Of a stretch of 64,000 bases of DNA, positions 1 through 10,143 are shown piece after piece. Source of the DNA: an uncultured Lentisphaerales bacterium (GTDB lineage Bacteria; Verrucomicrobiota; Lentisphaeria; JABSQK01; UBA12247); the NCBI GenBank assembly GCA_943788985.1, contig CALSSJ010000010.1:160001-224000 (forward strand). The letters run 5' to 3'. The notes under the pieces are model-generated. The model made no database searches, was not told the DNA's origin, and saw only the letters and a list, made by a program, of their open reading frames with translations. Each line of letters starts with the position of its first letter. Position 1 is the stretch's first letter. The position numbers and the translations under genes were made by a program.

Positions 1-1040
1 GTGTTCCGGGCAACGGCCGAGACGCGGCTTGTGGGCGCGGCCGGGACGTTGCGCAGGTTGAGTGTGGCTACTACACGCCGTGCAACCGACCCATCGGGAT
101 ACGCAGCAGTGGTGATAATGGTAAATACAACGGTGGGCGTCTCATCAAACGAGAAAAACTGGGATAATTGGGCATGGAGCTCTTGGCCGAGGCAGTCGCG
201 CATGTCGTCGGAGATCTGCCGACCCCTGCCGTGGCAGGTGCGAACGATATCAAGTTCGTCTTCGCTTAGTACGGGCATGGTGGCGAGAATGTAGTTCATG
301 GGAGCGGACCAAAAATCGGTGCGCTGTGGCTGGGGGTCGACGCCGCCGGGAACTCGGTTTCGGGTGTCTTTGGGCGGGATAACACGGAAGTTGTTCCCGG
401 GAATGGTCTCGTCGAAGTTGTAGCGGCCGGAGGGGTTGATCAGGTGCTGGGCGCCTCTGATCCAGTACATTTCTTCGCGGAACTGCATGGGGCCATTCCG
501 TGGAAAGCCTTCGAGGCCTAGGCCCTCGTAGTCTTCAAATTCGAGACCTTCTCCGACGGCGGAGTGGACGTCATCGCGGTCGATGTAGTCCAAGTAAGTG
601 GCAAACATGTCGTCCATCTGGGCACGGCGCTCTTCATCCTCTTCGGCGATGGTGGCGACGATACGCGCTCGGTCGCTGGCCAACCGGTGGATGTTGCGAC
701 CGCGATTGAGGTCGTAAATCTTGACGTTGGCGATGAGTCCGCCGGGCAAGGTCATGTTGCTGATTCCGGCGCCGGGGACCCACCGGGTGGTGCCGGGTTC
801 TTCTTCATCGGTGCCCTTCAGGGGGTTACGGAAGTTGTAGGTGGCAGTTAGCCACATGGCCATGGCTGTGGCGGATTCTGCGGCGTACTTGGCCTCAGTG
901 CGCCGGGTGTGCACGCGCTCGCTGATGGTGGAGATGCGGCCGGCAATCACCATCATGCTGGCGAACAGTGCGTAAAGGAAGACCATGCCCAGCACGATGA
1001 TGAGGGCGATCCCGCGGTTGGCGCGTTTTTGCCTTCTCAT
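1..1040 (-). CDS. gspK: Type II secretion minor pseudopilin GspK-like (runs off left edge)
   Basis: Not in the ORF track because it has no stop in the window. Manual translation from ATG 1040 gives MRRQKRANRG|IALIIVLGMVFLYALFASMM, a GspK-type G|IALI prepilin start lacking E5. ATGA overlap with the gspJ stop. Confidence 0.75.
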   Translation of the reverse strand, partial: MRRQKRANRGIALIIVLGMVFLYALFASMMVIAGRISTISERVHTRRTEAKYAAESATAMAMWLTATYNFRNPLKGTDEEEPGTTRWVPGAGISNMTLPGGLIANVKIYDLNRGRNIHRLASDRARIVATIAEEDEERRAQMDDMFATYLDYIDRDDVHSAVGEGLEFEDYEGLGLEGFPRNGPMQFREEMYWIRGAQHLINPSGRYNFDETIPGNNFRVIPPKDTRNRVPGGVDPQPQRTDFWSAPMNYILATMPVLSEDELDIVRTCHGRGRQISDDMRDCLGQELHAQLSQFFSFDETPTVVFTIITTAAYPDGSVARRVVATLNLRNVPAAPTSRVSAVARN

Positions 1041-1720
1041 TGGACAAATTTCCGTTTGTCCATTTCACGAATTCCGTAGTGCTCGAAGAAGCCGGAACCA
1101 GCGGTTCGGCGCAGCCAGCTGTCGGCGCGGCCATCGGCCCATTTGACGCTGAGGCGGACGGCGAGCGGCAGGTAGTCGCGATCTTCCCAGTCATCGACCC
1201 AGTCCAGTGCGTCTTGGTCGAGGTCGAGATAGGTGAAGGCGACGGAGGCGACGTTCTGCGAGAGGACGGATCGCGAGAGGCGCTCGCTGCGCAGGTCTTC
1301 GGGAAACGGGGGCCGGTTGCAATAGTAGGCGACGAGTTCGTCTTCTTCCACGGTAACATGGCAAAATCGAATGCCGCCTTCGCTCTTTTCCCAGCGATGC
1401 TCCTGGCCTACAGGGCCGATACGATTGACCTTGTGCAAGTAGGCAAAGACGGTGTTGGTCGGTTGCCCGTCAAAGTGAATGAGCTCACGGCGCTGGATGC
1501 TCTCCTCATCACTGGGCCAGCGAAAGGGGATGATGTTTGAGAACATGTTATCGATGGCACGGTCGAGCACCAGAATCTCCTCAAACTCGCTCGCCTGGCG
1601 ATGGATGCGTTCCCAGCTCTTCGAGATGGAGTAGGTGCCGAGGAACAATACACTCATCACCATAGAGAGCAGCAGGATGGCGACCAGGACCTCGATCAGG
1701 GTAAAGGCGTGGCGCTTCAC
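1037..1720 (-). CDS. gspJ: Type II secretion pseudopilin GspJ-like
   Basis: KRHA|FTLIEVLVAI N-methylation motif and C-terminal WVDDW...LPLAVRL typical of GspJ. GTG start at 1720 overlaps the upstream TGA (GTGA). Confidence 0.75.
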   Translation of the reverse strand: MKRHAFTLIEVLVAILLLSMVMSVLFLGTYSISKSWERIHRQASEFEEILVLDRAIDNMFSNIIPFRWPSDEESIQRRELIHFDGQPTNTVFAYLHKVNRIGPVGQEHRWEKSEGGIRFCHVTVEEDELVAYYCNRPPFPEDLRSERLSRSVLSQNVASVAFTYLDLDQDALDWVDDWEDRDYLPLAVRLSVKWADGRADSWLRRTAGSGFFEHYGIREMDKRKFVQ

Positions 1721-2109
1721 AGGTCGTCTTCCGGCAGCCATTTATAAATAATTTGCTCACCGGCGACGTCGCCGATCGAGTTGGTGACCTGGATGGTGTA
1801 GCTAGATAGAACCCAGCCTTGGTACGGGTCGATTGCATATTCCGGGAGACCTTCTTCGATCGGCACCACGGTACAGGAAGCGCTATAGCCACCATGCAAC
1901 AGGTCACCCGGGGCATCTAGCTCGCGTGGATCCTGAAGCAGGTAGTGCTCGATGGCTTGCTCGAGTGCGTGGTGGTCGGCCCAGCGCTCTTGCGCGCGGA
2001 TCAGGTCCAGCTGGGCTTGGGCAGCAATCGCTAGGGTAGTACCAAGTGCAGAGCCAAGGATAGCCACAGCAATCAAAACCTCGACAAGGGTAAACCGGCG
2101 ACGCTTCAT
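1717..2109 (-). CDS. gspI: Type II secretion pseudopilin GspI-like
   Basis: MKRRR|FTLVEVLIAVAILG, about 130 aa, between H-like and J-like genes. Start moved to ATG 2109. Confidence 0.7.
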   Translation of the reverse strand: MKRRRFTLVEVLIAVAILGSALGTTLAIAAQAQLDLIRAQERWADHHALEQAIEHYLLQDPRELDAPGDLLHGGYSASCTVVPIEEGLPEYAIDPYQGWVLSSYTIQVTNSIGDVAGEQIIYKWLPEDDL

Positions 2110-2111
2110 GC

Positions 2112-2645
2112 TCAATAGTACCCCTTTTTCTCGATAACAATCGGTCGGCCAGTCAGTGCGTCGACACTTACCTCGATGCGATCGATGCCGATCAGTAAGG
2201 GCACTACTGGGCCGGATGCCTCGCCGCTCGGGAAGAAGTGGAAGATGGCCTGGCTGTCCTCCCAGTAGCGGTCCAACGAGGCTTCGTCTAGGACTAGGTC
2301 TTTCGGCAGATCGAAGCTGCTGTATTTCCTGAAATGGTCGGCGACCGGGCCTTCCGCCTTCTTTTCCGTCTTGACGGTCCATTTGGGGCCATTGCTAACC
2401 TCGCTGATTGTGGCCTTGTGTGCGTTGATATCCAGAACCAGCTTGGTCTGTGAGCCGCTGGCCACTGCTCGGTTCATCGCAGTATGCAAGGCAATGTTCA
2501 GGCTCTTGAGGGTTTGTGTTTTTTGAATGTGATAAGGGACGTAGCCCATGCGTGGGATGGCGATCCCCAGCACGAGGGCGATGAGAGTCATCACGATAAG
2601 GAGCTCAAGAAGTGAAAAATAGCGCTTGCGCAAGGGAGGCGTCAT
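2112..2645 (-). CDS. gspH: Type II secretion pseudopilin GspH/FimT-like
   Basis: RKRY|FSLLELLIVMTLIALVLGIAIP and C-terminal FHFFPSGEASG...VDALTGRP, typical of GspH. Confidence 0.7.
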   Translation of the reverse strand: MTPPLRKRYFSLLELLIVMTLIALVLGIAIPRMGYVPYHIQKTQTLKSLNIALHTAMNRAVASGSQTKLVLDINAHKATISEVSNGPKWTVKTEKKAEGPVADHFRKYSSFDLPKDLVLDEASLDRYWEDSQAIFHFFPSGEASGPVVPLLIGIDRIEVSVDALTGRPIVIEKKGYY

Positions 2646-2936
2646 GGGGCGATCGTGGCTGCGTTCAAGGATTCTGATTGGGGTAACCGTGAGTTGGCGA
2701 AAAGCCACGCGTTCCAGCCCCATCGCCGGGAAACTGAGCAGGGGCGTACTCGGGCGTGCACTTCATCGGCCGGAAGGTAGGGCCGCGCGAGCGGCGTGCA
2801 CCATCGCTAGAACGAGTTCGTGCCTGCTGGGCCGCAGGGAGGCTGAGCTGGGAAAGTTAGCAGTTCGCTGATATGCGTGGGCATCGGGAGCCTAGTGAAA
2901 GAGTACATCCCGAATCCTAGCGATGAAGCATTCCCT

Positions 2937-4643
2937 ATGGCGACACAGAAATCCTGGCGCGATCGCATCCTACGCGCAGCTCTGCTGGTGGTGCTGGCGC
3001 ATATTCTGGTGAAGTTTATCAGTCTGGCACAGAACCACTATCTGGGCAGGTTCTTCGACGAAACCGAGCGTGATGTCTTCGTCGCGACCTTCAAGTTTAT
3101 CTTCCTGACCATCTTCCTGGTCGGTGAGGAATCGTTCGGGCCAGTCTTTTTGCCGGCGTTCATGCGTTTCAAGGAGCAGGACGGCGAGCGCGAGGCCTGG
3201 CGCTTTGCCAGTGTCATGTTCAATGGCTATTTCGTGGCCTTGGTGGGGATTGCGTTGGTCCTGATCTTCATGCCCTCGCTGGCTACGGACATCTGCACGC
3301 AATGGGGCCCGGAGAATGCTGCGGAACTCTCGTTGGCACATCGGTTGATTCCGCTGATGGCCCCGGGCCTTGTGGGGATGGGCCTGGGGAGCCTGACCTA
3401 TCTGCTGCTGAACTCGCGCGAGAGCTTCTTCTGGGCTGCAGCGGGGGATGTGGTGGTGAAGGTGGGGATCGTGATCGGGATTCTGTCGGCGGGAGTGCTG
3501 ATGAAGCGCACCGACATGAGTCCGGCGACTGGGCTGGCGCTGGTGATGATCGGGGTCGCAGCTGGCGGCACCTGCAAGCTGCTGACACACATTGTGGCGC
3601 TTGGAGCGGAGCGAAAGCGCTGGCGTCTCACGCTTCGCTGCAAAGGGGTACACCTAAAGTATTTTGCCGTCCTCGTCCTGCCCATGCTGGTGGGCATAAT
3701 CTTCGCCAAGGTCCGTGATGTGTTCAATCACCTCTGGATCCTGTCGGAGTTTAAGGGCCTGATCACGGCCAATGCCTTTGGCAAGACGATCGCAGACAGC
3801 GTGCACTTTCTGGTGCCGTACGCTGTCTCGATCGCGCTGCTTCCCTATTTTTGTATGCTCGCAGAAGGCAGCAACGCCTCCAAATTTGCGGAGATTCTGC
3901 GCAACTCCACGCGGGCCATGCTGTTTGTCTTCGTGCCGCTGAGTCTGGCGCTGGTCGTGGTCTCGTTTCCACTCACGCGCGGGTTTTACGAGGCGGGGAA
4001 GTTCACGGCCGAGCACGTCCGCCCCACTGCAACGGCGAATGCCTGCTATGTGCTGGGGCTGTCCTTTGCCGCTGTGGAATCGGTGCTGATGCAGGCGTTC
4101 TTTTCGAAACGGTCCGTGTGGACGCCGGCGATCATCGGCATGTTCTGCTCTTCGCTGAGCATGGCGCTGTCCTTTATGGGCATCAAGGTTCTCGGCGTGG
4201 CGCCGGTGTATGTGGTGCCTGTGGTGGCCTGCGGCTTTGTGCTGTCACGGTTTGTGAAGGTGTTGTTACTCGGTTGGCTGTTCAATCGCGTAGTCCCGTT
4301 CATTGATCTGCCTGCGATCCGCTCAAGCTTTTTCTCGGTGGGCGCCGTCGGGGCGACTTCGCTATGCGTGGCTCTGGGCTGCTATGGCGGGATTGAATGG
4401 GTGCTGTCGAATGTCAGCCTAGCGGCTCGTGCCTTCGGTGCGCTCGGAAATGTGGGCTATCTGGCACAGAGCGGCGCGATCTGCGCGCTTGCCGCGTGCG
4501 GAGTGATCGCCGTCAGCTACGTGCTGCGCCTAGAGGAGTTGGGCTGGCTGCTTTCATGGGGGGCAGAGAAGTACCCACAGCTGAATCATCCGATTCTTCA
4601 GCATCTTCAGACTCGGTTTGCCGCGGAGCGCGAGCGACCCTAG
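2937..4643 (+). CDS. murJ: MurJ/MviN-like lipid II flippase (MOP superfamily)
   Basis: About 14 hydrophobic segments; GEESFGPVFLPAF, VSIALLP, FYEAGKFT and QAFFSKRSVWTP match MviN-type motifs. Divergent sequence. Confidence 0.75.
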   Translation: MATQKSWRDRILRAALLVVLAHILVKFISLAQNHYLGRFFDETERDVFVATFKFIFLTIFLVGEESFGPVFLPAFMRFKEQDGEREAWRFASVMFNGYFVALVGIALVLIFMPSLATDICTQWGPENAAELSLAHRLIPLMAPGLVGMGLGSLTYLLLNSRESFFWAAAGDVVVKVGIVIGILSAGVLMKRTDMSPATGLALVMIGVAAGGTCKLLTHIVALGAERKRWRLTLRCKGVHLKYFAVLVLPMLVGIIFAKVRDVFNHLWILSEFKGLITANAFGKTIADSVHFLVPYAVSIALLPYFCMLAEGSNASKFAEILRNSTRAMLFVFVPLSLALVVVSFPLTRGFYEAGKFTAEHVRPTATANACYVLGLSFAAVESVLMQAFFSKRSVWTPAIIGMFCSSLSMALSFMGIKVLGVAPVYVVPVVACGFVLSRFVKVLLLGWLFNRVVPFIDLPAIRSSFFSVGAVGATSLCVALGCYGGIEWVLSNVSLAARAFGALGNVGYLAQSGAICALAACGVIAVSYVLRLEELGWLLSWGAEKYPQLNHPILQHLQTRFAAERERP

Positions 4644-4649
4644 AAACGC

Positions 4650-4676
4650 AAAAACGCCAGTCGTAATGACTGGCGT
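4650..4676 (-). terminator. Intrinsic terminator downstream of tRNA-Gly (possibly bidirectional with murJ)
   Basis: Perfect 9-bp stem ACGCCAGTC-gtaat-GACTGGCGT followed by a T-run on the minus strand. Confidence 0.75.
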
Positions 4677-4693
4677 CTTGGCTGATCGTAAAC

Positions 4694-4768
4694 TGGAGCG
4701 GGCGATGAGATTCGAACCCACGACCCCCACCTTGGCAAGGTGATGCTCTACCACTGAGCTACGCCCGC
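4694..4768 (-). tRNA. tRNA-Gly(GCC)
   Basis: Reverse complement GCGGGCGTAGCTCAGTGGTAGAGCATCACCTTGCCAAGGTGGGGGTCGTGGGTTCGAATCTCATCGCCCGCTCCA: cloverleaf, GCC anticodon, encoded CCA. Confidence 0.97.
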
Positions 4769-4868
4769 TCTCGAGTTAACGGCCAGCACGATACAAAGGA
4801 ATCGCGATCTTTCAAACACGTTCTTAGAAAAGTCTGACCTTTCTTTGGCTGACACCAGCAAGTGCTGG

Positions 4869-6094
4869 TCAACTTGGCGGAGGCGGCGGTCGTTGATTGA
4901 GTCGCTCTTCAAGGTCTTCTTCCAGGCGAGCAATCTCGCGATTAACGCGGGCCAGCCCGCAAAGTGCCGTGCCGTAGTCGATTACGCCAAGGAGCTCGCA
5001 GACGCTCATAAGGATAACGAAATCCGAAGAAGCGAAGTCGATCTTCTGCTGAAATACTACGTGCGTGGACATGCTGGGTGCACGTTCACCACCACTTCAT
5101 CGCCAACCTGGCTCGTCTCAAAGTAGTCGAGGTTGGTGTTGAAATCCTGCCATTGCAGATCCCCGTTCTGATCACGATACTCGAGCGTTACCAGATTTGT
5201 GGGCTCCTTATCTGCGATGATCGCGATCGCCTCATTCCCGTTTTTTAGCGTTGTAGTCCTTCCAGGCTCCACAGCCAAGCCAGGTGCACATGCCTGTCAT
5301 GCCAACCCCGAGGAGCAGTGTCATGCGCAGCAGGCGCATCCAGGTTCTTTTTGCTCGTGCCTCGCTCAATCGCGCCATTGCTTCTTCATCCACCGCCGCT
5401 GCTGGATTGACTCGGTTGCCGAAGCCGTAGAAATACTTCATCGCGAACGTGAAGTAGTGAATGCCTGCTGCGGATTGTGGGATTTGCGTTTCTCCATCGG
5501 TATGCGTAATGCGGACATACCCCAATTTGGAGCCGGACAGTGCTCCAGGTAGCCATTCGAGGTCCTGCCAGCGGGCGCAACTTGAGCGTCTTGCCGACGA
5601 TCTGAATCGCCTGATCGATCCCCGGGAGCGACCACTTCCTGTGTCCACACTAGCGTGTTGTGCTCGAATCGCGGGTGCCGCCGCCGTTCGACCTCAGCGA
5701 GCAGGTCCAGCCCGCCATTCGGGAAGCTACTGGTGGGAATCTCGAGCTTGGGCGTTCCAGCCTTGAGCTTGATCACAAGCTCAAGAGCCCCGTTCATCAG
5801 TTGAAGCAACTCCAACTCGCTGAGGTCCTACCAGGCTAGAGATACGGTGCCACCGCGATGCTCTCGGCGAATCCCGTCGGGAGTGAAGACGAAGGTAGCG
5901 CCTGCTGCCAGCGTGGCGGGAACAGTATAAAGGGCAACGAGAGAGACGAGCGAACCGCAGATAATCGAACGCCACGGCGGTATGGTCATTCCGCGAGCCA
6001 GAAAGACTCCGGCCAGAAAAAAGATTATCAGGACAGCCCAGGAATTCCGAGAAGTCCCTGGCTTCGGCTCAAATCGCTGTTCGCCGTGACTCAC
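4869..6094 (-). pseudogene. Disrupted membrane protein (PH-like and DUF3592-like segments), last gene of the MoxR operon
   Basis: GTG 6094 overlaps the RDD stop. An in-frame TAG at 5828-5830 separates two same-frame ORFs, and protein-like text then continues across frameshifts near 5600, 5255 and 5075 (TM, IAIIADK...VGDEVVVNVHP, TM). Confidence 0.55.
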
Positions 6095-6852
6095 ACCCTC
6101 TTCTCTCGGTAGATGATGTCAATGGTATTGCGAATGCACTGCTCGTCAGAGACGCCAATGAAGACGGCGTCCGGGAAGCGGACTAAGCTCCGGACATCGG
6201 TTGCGAGGTCCGCAAATAATGTAGCGCGGCTCTGCGGCTCGAGGTTCTCGCGCCGCATCAGGGCGTCGAGGAGCGTCGCCGCCATCTCCGGGGACGTCAA
6301 TTGGCGCAGCCGCGCCGCGAGATGCGGGTAGTCACGCAGTGAATTGTACTTCGGTACCCCAAGTTGGCTGAAGTCCGGCTGCGAGAACCTATTGTTGACG
6401 ATCACGACCGTCCCTGCGGCAAGATCGCCGAGGCGCTGCCCGTGGCGGTTCAGGAGCACGCAAACACCACCGAGCAACCCGGCTACTGGCAGCATATCGA
6501 CCCCACGCAGTAAATTTCGTACGACGACCTGCGGAAAGGACAGCACGTGGCCAGTCTGGTCGACCACCCGCAGCTGCAAAAAGCGCTTGCCCAGAGTCTG
6601 ACCATGCAGGAGCGTTTCGAACAGGATCCCGTAGCCGGTCCAGATGGCGAATCCCGCCAACATCATGGTCGCGCCTGCCAGCGAAGGAAAAACGGAAATC
6701 ACGGCCGTGAGTTGGCTGACGATTGCTGTCACAGCCAGGACCAAGCACAGATCCGTCAACCAAGCCAGGAAGCGCGAAAATGGGCCCGCGATTTGATAGG
6801 CAAAGGTCACCCCATCTTGGGTGCGTATCCGGAGTTTTGGGGCACCGTTCAC
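6091..6852 (-). CDS. RDD family membrane protein
   Basis: IRTQDGVTFAYQIAGPFSRFLAWLTD...GQTLGKRFLQLRVV...RNLLRGVD...QRLGDLAAGTVV. True start is GTG 6852 (GTGA overlap). Confidence 0.9.
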   Translation of the reverse strand: MNGAPKLRIRTQDGVTFAYQIAGPFSRFLAWLTDLCLVLAVTAIVSQLTAVISVFPSLAGATMMLAGFAIWTGYGILFETLLHGQTLGKRFLQLRVVDQTGHVLSFPQVVVRNLLRGVDMLPVAGLLGGVCVLLNRHGQRLGDLAAGTVVIVNNRFSQPDFSQLGVPKYNSLRDYPHLAARLRQLTSPEMAATLLDALMRRENLEPQSRATLFADLATDVRSLVRFPDAVFIGVSDEQCIRNTIDIIYREKRV

Positions 6853-7859
6853 AACTCGTCCTCCACAGCTGGCAACGGCCGAAAGAGGTACCAGGCAAGC
6901 GCCCCAAGCTCGAGACAACCAAAGGAGATCTTCAGGCTGTACGGAATGATCGGCGCGTGCAGCTGCGAGAAAAATGCCTCGACCAGGCCAGCCCAGATCA
7001 GCATGATAATCAAGGCCCCGACAATGGTGCAGAGCGCCGGTGCGATCAACCGCAGTCGCTCTCTGGCTCGGCGATGGTCTGACCAGCCGATCAGGGCACC
7101 AGCCAGCATCAAGCCACCCTGGCCACCCAACAGGATCGCCGGAATCTCGATCGCACCATGCGGGAGCAGCCAGCCCAGCAGAAATACGCTCTGCCCTTCC
7201 AGAATAAAATCTATGGTGACCAGGCCCAGGATGATCCCGTTGTAGAAGAGCATGATGATCGTCCCGATGCCATAGGTCATCCCCAGGGCGAGAGCACGTA
7301 GCGAGACGCGGATATTGTTGGTCATCAACATCGCCGAGAATTCCGTCATCTGGCCACTGCTGGCGACTTCGGGCGCAGATTCCTCCTGCGCCACGCGTTG
7401 GTCGGGGTCCTGCAGAACATGGTGAAACTGGGCGGGGACGAGCGCGGTCTTGGCTGCTGGCTCGACCACCAACATCACGCCCCCGAACGCGCAGCCTAGG
7501 AACATTGAGAGCGTGGAGATCAGCAAGGCCTTGCGGTGGGTCTGGATTGTGCGCGGGATTCCTGTCCACAACCAGGCACTCACTTGTCGCCGAGTGATTC
7601 GCTCGCGCCGAGTCCCGTGCAACTCGCCGTAAGCGCGCGCGGTCAGCTCGGAGAGATAGGCCCCGGTATCAGGGTCTGCCGAGTACGTCTGAATCTTTGC
7701 GAGGTCCGCAGCGGTTCGCTGGTAGAGGTAGTGAAGGCGCGTGATCTCCTCCAGGCTGCGCTTGGATTGTATGGTGTCTGCCTGCACGCCCAGCATGGCT
7801 TCCAGTTCGGTCCAGAAGGGGCGTTCGCGCTGCACGAATGTGTGTAGATCAAGAATCAC
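6849..7859 (-). CDS. Stage II sporulation protein M / DUF95 family membrane protein
   Basis: N-terminal W-x-ELE...LYQRTAADLA; NNIRVS, NGIILG, LPHGAIEIPAI and AGLVEAF motifs. Confidence 0.9.
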   Translation of the reverse strand: MILDLHTFVQRERPFWTELEAMLGVQADTIQSKRSLEEITRLHYLYQRTAADLAKIQTYSADPDTGAYLSELTARAYGELHGTRRERITRRQVSAWLWTGIPRTIQTHRKALLISTLSMFLGCAFGGVMLVVEPAAKTALVPAQFHHVLQDPDQRVAQEESAPEVASSGQMTEFSAMLMTNNIRVSLRALALGMTYGIGTIIMLFYNGIILGLVTIDFILEGQSVFLLGWLLPHGAIEIPAILLGGQGGLMLAGALIGWSDHRRARERLRLIAPALCTIVGALIIMLIWAGLVEAFFSQLHAPIIPYSLKISFGCLELGALAWYLFRPLPAVEDEL

Positions 7860-9181
7860 AGGACTTGCCGTTTTTTGATATCCATATAGCTGCTCACCAG
7901 ATCTGTACAGGTGTCGGTCGCCGACAATGTCTGCAAATTTACGCCCACGGCCCTCAGCTTGACTTTGAGCTCTTGGATTTGCTGCCAGCGCAGGTGCGCG
8001 CTGAGCTCTTCATAGACAGCGGCTGCAGAAGTCACCTTTTCATTTTCAAATAGCGCCTGGGAGAAGTTGGGCGAGACCACGCAGGTGACGACCAGATGCT
8101 GCCGATTCAACAGGCCGATGCTCTCGTAGTAGCTCTCGGCCAGCACCGGGTCATCCAGGCAGGTCAGGACCAACAGCAGCGCCCGGCGTCGCAAACGCAG
8201 GCGAATAAAGGACGCCATCTCGCCAAAGTCGGGCGAGACATGGCTGGCCTTGGCATCGTACAGCGACTCGCGACAAGTCAGGAAGTGGCCATGCCCGCCA
8301 CTGGCTCGCAGGAAGCGGTGTACGCGATCGCTAAAGGTCATCAAGCCCAGCATGTCCCCGGTACGCTCGGTCACCATGGCCAGCGCCAAGGCAGCATTGA
8401 CGTAGCGCTCGAGAATCGGTTCGTCCGAATCAGAGCAGGGCCGGGACAGTAGGCGTGAGGTGTCCATGAGCACGTAGATTTCTTGGGTGCGCTCCACCTG
8501 AAAAATCTTGGTGATCGGGTAGCCGCGTTTTGCCGTTCCCTTCCAATGGATCTCATCATAGCTGTCACCGGGACTGTACTCGCGAAGCTGTTCGAACTCG
8601 CGGCCTTGGCCGACGTGGCGTTGCAGCTTCTGGCCGAAGCCACTCCGGCGCATGAAGGTGGCCGCGATTTGCTTGCGATCCTGGCGCAGATTCGGGTATA
8701 CACGGATCGTCCCTTCCGCCTCAAGCGTTCGGCGCAGCTCCCATAGGCCCAACGGGGAACGATGTTCGCAGACCACGCCCTTTGCGGCAAAATCACCGCG
8801 CTCGCCGCAGCGAACGCGCCAGGCCACCCGGGCCGCACTGGCAGCAGGGAGCGTGGTGCGCTGGACCAACGGCTGTGCCTGACAGGCAGGATCCACGAGC
8901 AATCCCAACCGGACAGAGTGGGCGTTCGGATTCTCGTGCTGCACGGTCACATAAAGCTCGTCTTCCACATCCCGAATCAGCCGCATCTTATCGGCGAACG
9001 ATGCCGTCGGCACCGGCTGGTTCGCCCCCATGGCCACATCGACCACCATCAGCAGCACAAACGCTACCAAAATCAACGAGGCCAAGCCAGCAGTATCCGC
9101 GCCACTTGTGGCCCAGCCCAGCATAGGCACGAACACAAGGGAGGCCCAGAACAGCAGGCGCATGGAAGGAACGATTCGCAT
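7856..9181 (-). CDS. DUF58 domain protein (MoxR partner, VWA-like)
   Basis: Two N-terminal TMs; GREFEQLREYSPGDSYDEIHWKGTAK; LMDTSRLLS. Confidence 0.92.
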   Translation of the reverse strand: MRIVPSMRLLFWASLVFVPMLGWATSGADTAGLASLILVAFVLLMVVDVAMGANQPVPTASFADKMRLIRDVEDELYVTVQHENPNAHSVRLGLLVDPACQAQPLVQRTTLPAASAARVAWRVRCGERGDFAAKGVVCEHRSPLGLWELRRTLEAEGTIRVYPNLRQDRKQIAATFMRRSGFGQKLQRHVGQGREFEQLREYSPGDSYDEIHWKGTAKRGYPITKIFQVERTQEIYVLMDTSRLLSRPCSDSDEPILERYVNAALALAMVTERTGDMLGLMTFSDRVHRFLRASGGHGHFLTCRESLYDAKASHVSPDFGEMASFIRLRLRRRALLLVLTCLDDPVLAESYYESIGLLNRQHLVVTCVVSPNFSQALFENEKVTSAAAVYEELSAHLRWQQIQELKVKLRAVGVNLQTLSATDTCTDLVSSYMDIKKRQVL

Positions 9182-9190
9182 AGATTCCGC

Positions 9191-10141
9191 TCAGCGCGGG
9201 ACGGTGACCACTTGGAGGACACGTTGCAGCACATCAGCCACGGAGATGCCTTCCAGTTCAAACTCCGGCCGCAGCAGCACGCGATGGCCCAGTACATCCA
9301 CCGCCAAGTCCTTGATGTCATCGGGGGTGACGAAGTCCCGTCCCCCGATTGCCGCCGAAGCCCGAGCCGCCAGCAGCAAGCCCTGCGTGGCCCGCGGACC
9401 AGCGCCCACCAACACGGATTCGTGGGATCGGGTCGCCCGCACAATGTTGACCACATACTGCACCAACTCATCCCGTACCGTGATGTCATTCAGACCCCGC
9501 CTGGCGGCAATGAGGCTCTCCTCGGTCAGTACCGCCTGCACATCTCCCAGCCGGGATTCAGGCGGGTCGCCCAGCATTGAGCGCGCCAGTGTCAGCTCGT
9601 CATCGGCATCCGGATAGTCCATGTTCACCTTCACTAGGAAGCGATCCTTTTGCGCTTCGGGCAGTGGGTACGTACCCTCGTATTCCACGGGATTCTGGGT
9701 GGCGAAGACCGTGAAATTCTCCCCGAGTTTGTAGGTCGTGCGGTCGATGGTGACTTCGCGCTCTTGCATGGCCTGCAACAGCGCTGCCTGGGTCTTGGCG
9801 GGCGCGCGGTTGATCTCATCGGCCAGCAGGAAGGTCGTAAAGACTGGGCCTTGGACCAAGGTAAACGCGTTCTCTTTGAGGTTGAACACGTTTGTTCCGG
9901 TGATATCTGCTGGCATCAGATCTGGCGTAAACTGGATGCGGCCAAAGGCACAGCCCATGACATGCGCCAGAGTCCGCACCAGGAGCGTCTTGGCGACGCC
10001 CGGTACGCCTTCCAGCAACGCGTGGTTCCGTGTCAGAATGACAGCCAGCGTGCGGTCCACGATCGCATCTTGGCCAATGATTACCTTGCCAACTTCCTCG
10101 CGAACGCGAGCGACCAGGTCGGGTAGTGGCGTTGTCTCCAT
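9191..10141 (-). CDS. MoxR family AAA+ ATPase
   Basis: LLEGVPGVAKT, RIQFTPDLMPADITG, LLADEINRAPAKTQAALLQAMQE, ATQNPVEYEGTYPLPEAQKDRF. Confidence 0.97.
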   Translation of the reverse strand: METTPLPDLVARVREEVGKVIIGQDAIVDRTLAVILTRNHALLEGVPGVAKTLLVRTLAHVMGCAFGRIQFTPDLMPADITGTNVFNLKENAFTLVQGPVFTTFLLADEINRAPAKTQAALLQAMQEREVTIDRTTYKLGENFTVFATQNPVEYEGTYPLPEAQKDRFLVKVNMDYPDADDELTLARSMLGDPPESRLGDVQAVLTEESLIAARRGLNDITVRDELVQYVVNIVRATRSHESVLVGAGPRATQGLLLAARASAAIGGRDFVTPDDIKDLAVDVLGHRVLLRPEFELEGISVADVLQRVLQVVTVPR

Positions 10142-10143
10142 GA

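Noticed and set aside
6853..7569. Extension of the RDD ORF to 492 aa
   Set aside because: Alternate frame of the SpoIIM gene; the GTGA-coupled start at 6852 fits the family.
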